64,000 nucleotides of DNA from Candidatus Poseidoniaceae archaeon (GTDB lineage: Archaea > Thermoplasmatota > Poseidoniia > Poseidoniales > Poseidoniaceae), in the NCBI GenBank assembly GCA_965662895.1, contig CBFIJH010000008.1, positions 1 to 64,000 of the forward strand, written 5' to 3'. The notes beneath the pieces are model-generated. The model did no database searches and was not told where the DNA came from. It worked only from the letters and a program-made list of their open reading frames with translations. The first letter of the stretch is position 1. Each line of letters opens with the position of its first letter. Position numbers and translations under genes: made by a program. Positions 59,626 to 64,000 of the stretch are shown piece by piece.

Positions 59626-62600
59626 TCAATCCCATTTCAGCCAATGGACGCTTGAATTTGCAGTTCGATACCACCATTCCCCACTGTTTTGGGGCCATTC
59701 AACCCATTCATATCCATCATCATTGACCGCTCCAACTGCGTCAATTGGAGGTTGTCCATTTCCTGTTGGTTGGTGCTCAAACGCTTGCTGAGTGGTTTCA
59801 TCTCCACCACTCATAGCCAATTTTTCTTGGAGGAGTTTCGTTCGGTCCTCTGAATCGAGAGCACCTGCTAAACCGAAGTAGGCATCATTGTGGGCGATTT
59901 GATACAACTCTCGAGGTGTTGATGCAAGTAAATCGTCAATCAACGTGAAGAGTTTCTCTCGGGTCTGTTTTTTGATCTCATTGTTGGTGTATCGACCAGT
60001 CAAATCGCCTTTTAGTTGGTTCAATTCTTCAGCAAGTTCCTGCGGATTATCGAAATAGGCTTGAACAATGGATTGCAGATACGTCAATTCGTTTCGCTCC
60101 TCCTTCGTTAATTTCGAATTCTTTCGCAGCACCTGTACCCAACGGAACGCATCAGGAAGCAAGGCAGCTGCTGCATTGGTCTGAAGCAACGTGAACAATG
60201 CGAGCAAGACCGCACTAATTCCAAGAGTTGTCGTGACGGTATCTCCTCCAGAAAAGAAAGATTCCGTCTCAGAATTGGTTTCTTCGTCATTTTCAGATTC
60301 TTGAAGTTCACAGCCAAGAGCATCGACAACAGTCCCTTCAGGCGTTCCTGGACACTCGTCATTTTGGTTTTCAACACCATCGGAATCAGTATCCAACAAC
60401 AACAATTGAGCATCGCTGCAACCCACCCCATCGACACTCTGTCCTAATTCGGTCGATGGACACGCATCATCTGAGTCAAGGATTCCATCGCCATCTGTAT
60501 CATCGAAACAGCCATCTCCATTTTCGTCAAGTTCAGATGCGTTCACTTCAGGGCACTGATCATAGATGTCCTCGACACCGTCCCCATCAGAATCAAGCAA
60601 AATCAAACAACCTGTTTCGTCGACCATACCTGTCTCAGAGGTGTTGGGACAAGCATCCATTGAGTCATCAACACCATCGCCATCAGAATCTGCCGAACGG
60701 TTGCCATCGTTCGGGAAGGCATCGCTGTTGTCACCAACACCATCGCCATCCGAATCTGTCGTTTCCGTACCATCGCTCGGGAAGGCATCCGCATTATCTC
60801 CCACACCGTCGCCATCTGAATCCTCAGATTCGGTTGCATCGTTCGGGAACGCATCGGTATTGTCGCCGACGCCATCACCATCCGAATCAAATTGTTCAAA
60901 GGCATTCGTTGGGAAGGCATCTGCATTATCGCCAATACCATCACCATCGGTATCCTTGGATTCTGTTGCATCGTTGGGGAATTCATCGGCATTGTCGCCT
61001 ACACCATCGCCATCGGAATCCAATTGCTCAAAGGCATTTGAAGGGAAAGCGTCGGCATTATCTCCCACTCCATCCCCATCTGAATCGTCGGTTTCGGTCG
61101 CATCGTTTGGGAAAGCGTCGGCATTGTCACCAACACCGTCACCATCGCTGTCCATCCATTCGTTGGCGTTGTTCGGGAACGCATCGCCACTGTTGCTGTA
61201 GCCATCGCCGTCATCGTCAGGACAGCCGTTTACATCCTGAGTTGAGGTTCCAGCTGCCTCTTCGCAATCGTCGCTCGCATTTGGAATACCATCTCCATCC
61301 AAGTCATTTTGATCTATGAATTCGAAGGTGGAGGAGAGTTGGTGTTCAACGCCCTCATGATCAATGATGGAAACTGTAACAATTCCAGGATTTGCAACAG
61401 CGGGTGTTGTGAGCCGGATGGTTGAGTCATCGATGACGTCTGCTGTGACCGATCCATATTGACCAAACTTGACCGTTACCTCATTTGTGACACTCACGCC
61501 CGTTGATTTCGTCGCGTATCGGAGCACTCCGTTTGTTTCATCGGTGTAGGCAACATGGATTGTGCCCCCATCATCGATCAAAATCGAATTCGATTCTCCT
61601 GTACCGTCGCCCGCACTACCACCAGTTTCAAGGGTACTGACTTGCCAGTTCGACGAGGATGGATTCAGCGTGGCATACTTCAACTTCCATCCGCTCCAAG
61701 AGCGGTACACAATGTGCGGGTCGCCTGCAGCATCAATGGCAATGGAAGGCTCTCGACCAGTATGCCCTGATGCATCAACAATCGTGGTTGTCCAAGCTCC
61801 GTTTGGTATACCGACTGAATAGAGCAAGTCTTCGTTGTCCTCATGACTATCGAAGTGGGCGATGTGGAATTGGCCTTGGTGATCCACGGCCAACGATGTG
61901 TGGGAGCCAGGATAGCCGGTGCTGAATCCACCGGAGTCTACGCCGTAAGGAATCCAAGAGCCGCTTTTGTTCGTTGTAAATTTCAATTTTGATTGGCTTC
62001 GGTCGAGATAGGAGATGTATGCTTTGTCGTTCCTATCGATAAGGAGTGCAGAATCGCATCCCTTGTTGCTTCCTGAATCAACGGCATTGGTCGTCCATCC
62101 TGTTCCGTCAAACGAAGCAAGGTAAAGTCCACCACCGCAGTACTGGCCATTTGCAGTAAAGGAAATATGAGGGTGATTGTGTGAATCGAGAGCAATTCCC
62201 ACTGGACCAACTTTTGCGTTTGAGGATACTTGTGTTGAGTTCCAATTGCTGCCATCATAGCGCATGTACACCAACTTGTTTGTGTTTGTCGAATAAGCAG
62301 CATGAAGTTCATCGTTGTCATCAATCACCATGTCAGTTCCCCAACAATAACTCCCTTCGCAGTTTTTGATACCCGAGGGCGTCCATGACGTACCATCGTA
62401 GACACTGTGTGTGAAAGCATAGCCATCACCACTGGCATGAACGATGTGAACGTGACCATTTGAATCAACTGCAATCGCGTTTTCATGGCCTGCCTCGTTG
62501 CCAAAATCTGCAGTCGTTTTCGTCCATTGGTGATTGATCCCGTCGTATGTTACATTCGTATCGTCAAGGTCTGAAAAACCGCTACCAGTAATGGAGATTT

Positions 62601-62760
62601 CCTGTCCGCCAGTAATCCAACCAGAACTTGATGAAAGCGATGTTTGAAGAGGACTTGAGAAATGAGTATGCGTACTCAAATCATCCAATTCGTTGGAGTG
62701 GTTGACGAATGGAGACATGGTTACGGTAAGGAAAATAACGGCTACAAACCATACACGCAT
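59626..62760 (-). CDS. Secreted membrane-anchored protein: IPT/TIG domain with inserted beta-propeller, thrombospondin type-3 repeats, TM and cytoplasmic tail
   Basis: Signal MRVWFVAVIFL; repeated SIAxDxxGxxHIxY blades; DxDGDGxxDxxDxFP repeats; TM; Trp-rich C-terminus. Confidence 0.85.
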   Translation of the reverse strand: MRVWFVAVIFLTVTMSPFVNHSNELDDLSTHTHFSSPLQTSLSSSSGWITGGQEISITGSGFSDLDDTNVTYDGINHQWTKTTADFGNEAGHENAIAVDSNGHVHIVHASGDGYAFTHSVYDGTSWTPSGIKNCEGSYCWGTDMVIDDNDELHAAYSTNTNKLVYMRYDGSNWNSTQVSSNAKVGPVGIALDSHNHPHISFTANGQYCGGGLYLASFDGTGWTTNAVDSGSNKGCDSALLIDRNDKAYISYLDRSQSKLKFTTNKSGSWIPYGVDSGGFSTGYPGSHTSLAVDHQGQFHIAHFDSHEDNEDLLYSVGIPNGAWTTTIVDASGHTGREPSIAIDAAGDPHIVYRSWSGWKLKYATLNPSSSNWQVSTLETGGSAGDGTGESNSILIDDGGTIHVAYTDETNGVLRYATKSTGVSVTNEVTVKFGQYGSVTADVIDDSTIRLTTPAVANPGIVTVSIIDHEGVEHQLSSTFEFIDQNDLDGDGIPNASDDCEEAAGTSTQDVNGCPDDDGDGYSNSGDAFPNNANEWMDSDGDGVGDNADAFPNDATETDDSDGDGVGDNADAFPSNAFEQLDSDGDGVGDNADEFPNDATESKDTDGDGIGDNADAFPTNAFEQFDSDGDGVGDNTDAFPNDATESEDSDGDGVGDNADAFPSDGTETTDSDGDGVGDNSDAFPNDGNRSADSDGDGVDDSMDACPNTSETGMVDETGCLILLDSDGDGVEDIYDQCPEVNASELDENGDGCFDDTDGDGILDSDDACPSTELGQSVDGVGCSDAQLLLLDTDSDGVENQNDECPGTPEGTVVDALGCELQESENDEETNSETESFFSGGDTVTTTLGISAVLLALFTLLQTNAAAALLPDAFRWVQVLRKNSKLTKEERNELTYLQSIVQAYFDNPQELAEELNQLKGDLTGRYTNNEIKKQTREKLFTLIDDLLASTPRELYQIAHNDAYFGLAGALDSEDRTKLLQEKLAMSGGDETTQQAFEHQPTGNGQPPIDAVGAVNDDGYEWVEWPQNSGEWWYRTANSSVHWLKWD
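60691..61152 (-). repeat. Seven tandem 66-nt (22-aa) TSP3-like coding repeats
   Basis: Units DSDGDGVGDNADAFPxxxxExx; first five alternate NDATE/NAFEQ variants. Confidence 0.9.
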
Positions 62761-62867
62761 GTTAAATGCTCGGCAGCGGCTTAAAAAATGCTTTTGTATC
62801 AATTGTGGAACAAACCCATTGAACCATTGACACATGAGCATATAACTAACGAACACGTGTGACATTC

Positions 62868-64000
62868 ATGGTCGCAACACTTCCCCTGATTGAAGCCATT
62901 CATCAGAAGGCAAGTGTTACGGCCATTGCTTTGCATCCAACCTCTGGACACCTTTTGATTGGCAACAAAGACGGTTTGGTTCAGTGCATTGATGCACGAA
63001 GCGACATGAACAAAGTTCTCGCAAAAATACAAGTCCAATCGAAAATTATTGATGTGGCTTGGAGTACAAACAAGATTGTCATCCTCGATGAAACCAACGG
63101 ATTGCATGTTTATTCAATGGATGCAGATGAACTGTGGACCTCAGAATTTGAAGCAGGAGGCGCTCAATTGAATGTAGGTAAGCAAATTCTTGCACTCGAT
63201 GGAATTGGTACATTACGCCAGTACACTCTCGATGGCCAAGCGTATACGAATGTTCAGCGAGACGTTCGATCGTTCTCGGCGAGAAACGATTCGATTCAAC
63301 TCATCCTTGAAGACCAAACTGTCGCTACGACCGACGATCAACTGAATGTTCTCTTTCGACGGAAACAACGAGGCGAATTTGGCGAAGATATTGTCGCAGT
63401 AGGCGCCGGCCAGGGAAAGACATGGTTTGTTGCAAGAGAAGGACACGCTCTTGTTCCTGGCGAGGAAGAAGCTCTTGAAATCGAGATTTATGCAGACGAC
63501 CAATTGCTTCATCGTGATGAATTGAAAGGGCGGGTGAAAGCATCTGCATCGAACGCCTCATGTCACTACCTTGGGTTGGACAACGGTGATATCTTTGCAG
63601 TCGAAGGTCGAAATCTCCGTCAATTAACTTCCTTCAGTTATCCAATTCAATGCTTAGCTATTCATGAAAAAACTGTAATTGTTGGAACCTGGTTCTACAT
63701 CTATGGATTTGATATCGAAACAGATGAAGTCGTTTGGCAAATCGAGCATAAGGGCATGATTGAAGGTTTGCAAATTGATGATTCAGGACATCTTGCTTTC
63801 TTTGGAGAGGATCAGAATGACTGGACAGGAGCTGAACCCGTGGGCATTTGCGATCTGAACCAAAAACGGGTTGATGTTGATGCATCTTTCCTGCAAGGTT
63901 GGTTTGAAGAAGAAATCGTTGAGGTAGAAACCAATCCGGAAGTTGTCTATAGAAACGTTGATGATTTCACGAATTTACTCTCCGAAGAAGAACAAGAATC
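62868..64000 (+). CDS. WD40/PQQ-like beta-propeller protein (3'-truncated by window edge; absent from the ORF track)
   Basis: Manual translation MVATLPLIEAIHQKASVTAIALHPTSGHLLIGNKDGLVQC...; appears open to the window end. Confidence 0.7.
   Translation, partial: MVATLPLIEAIHQKASVTAIALHPTSGHLLIGNKDGLVQCIDARSDMNKVLAKIQVQSKIIDVAWSTNKIVILDETNGLHVYSMDADELWTSEFEAGGAQLNVGKQILALDGIGTLRQYTLDGQAYTNVQRDVRSFSARNDSIQLILEDQTVATTDDQLNVLFRRKQRGEFGEDIVAVGAGQGKTWFVAREGHALVPGEEEALEIEIYADDQLLHRDELKGRVKASASNASCHYLGLDNGDIFAVEGRNLRQLTSFSYPIQCLAIHEKTVIVGTWFYIYGFDIETDEVVWQIEHKGMIEGLQIDDSGHLAFFGEDQNDWTGAEPVGICDLNQKRVDVDASFLQGWFEEEIVEVETNPEVVYRNVDDFTNLLSEEEQE

Noticed and set aside
60456-61319. Plus-strand Ser/Pro-rich and His/Arg-rich repetitive ORFs
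   Set aside because: These are antisense shadows of the TSP3 repeats encoded on the minus strand.

Overview
This is a gene-dense chromosomal segment of an archaeon. It carries uL16/L10e, eL37, eL44, eS27, aIF2-alpha, Nop10, PAC2, Cgi121, Hel308, RPA, ABCE1 and a class III pilin. The mix with bacterial-type MutS/MutL, a gammaproteobacterial-type PurF, TSP3-repeat surface proteins and many orphan membrane proteins suggests Marine Group II (Ca. Poseidoniales, Thermoplasmatota); this assignment is inference. I find about 55 CDS, three intron-less tRNAs (Arg-TCT, Ala-GGC, Ser-CGA) and a likely box C/D guide sRNA. There is no CRISPR array, integrase or transposase. The most notable items are: (1) a minimal Tad/T4P-like motor operon headed by a small soluble protein resembling the phage tail-tube/Mu gpN 'DNA circularisation N-terminal' fold, placed between RPA genes and a triple-SAP protein (candidate novel DNA-transfer or secretion machine); (2) a tandem pair of RecB/Cas4-like nuclease + double OB-fold fusions with no helicase; (3) a ~2 kb islet bounded by a 14-bp duplication of the tRNA-Arg 3' end, encoding a multi-TM/EF-hand protein; (4) several apparent pseudoenzymes; (5) a structured leader that sequesters the RBS of a basic orphan gene. 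All family calls come from motif recognition by eye, not from database searches.
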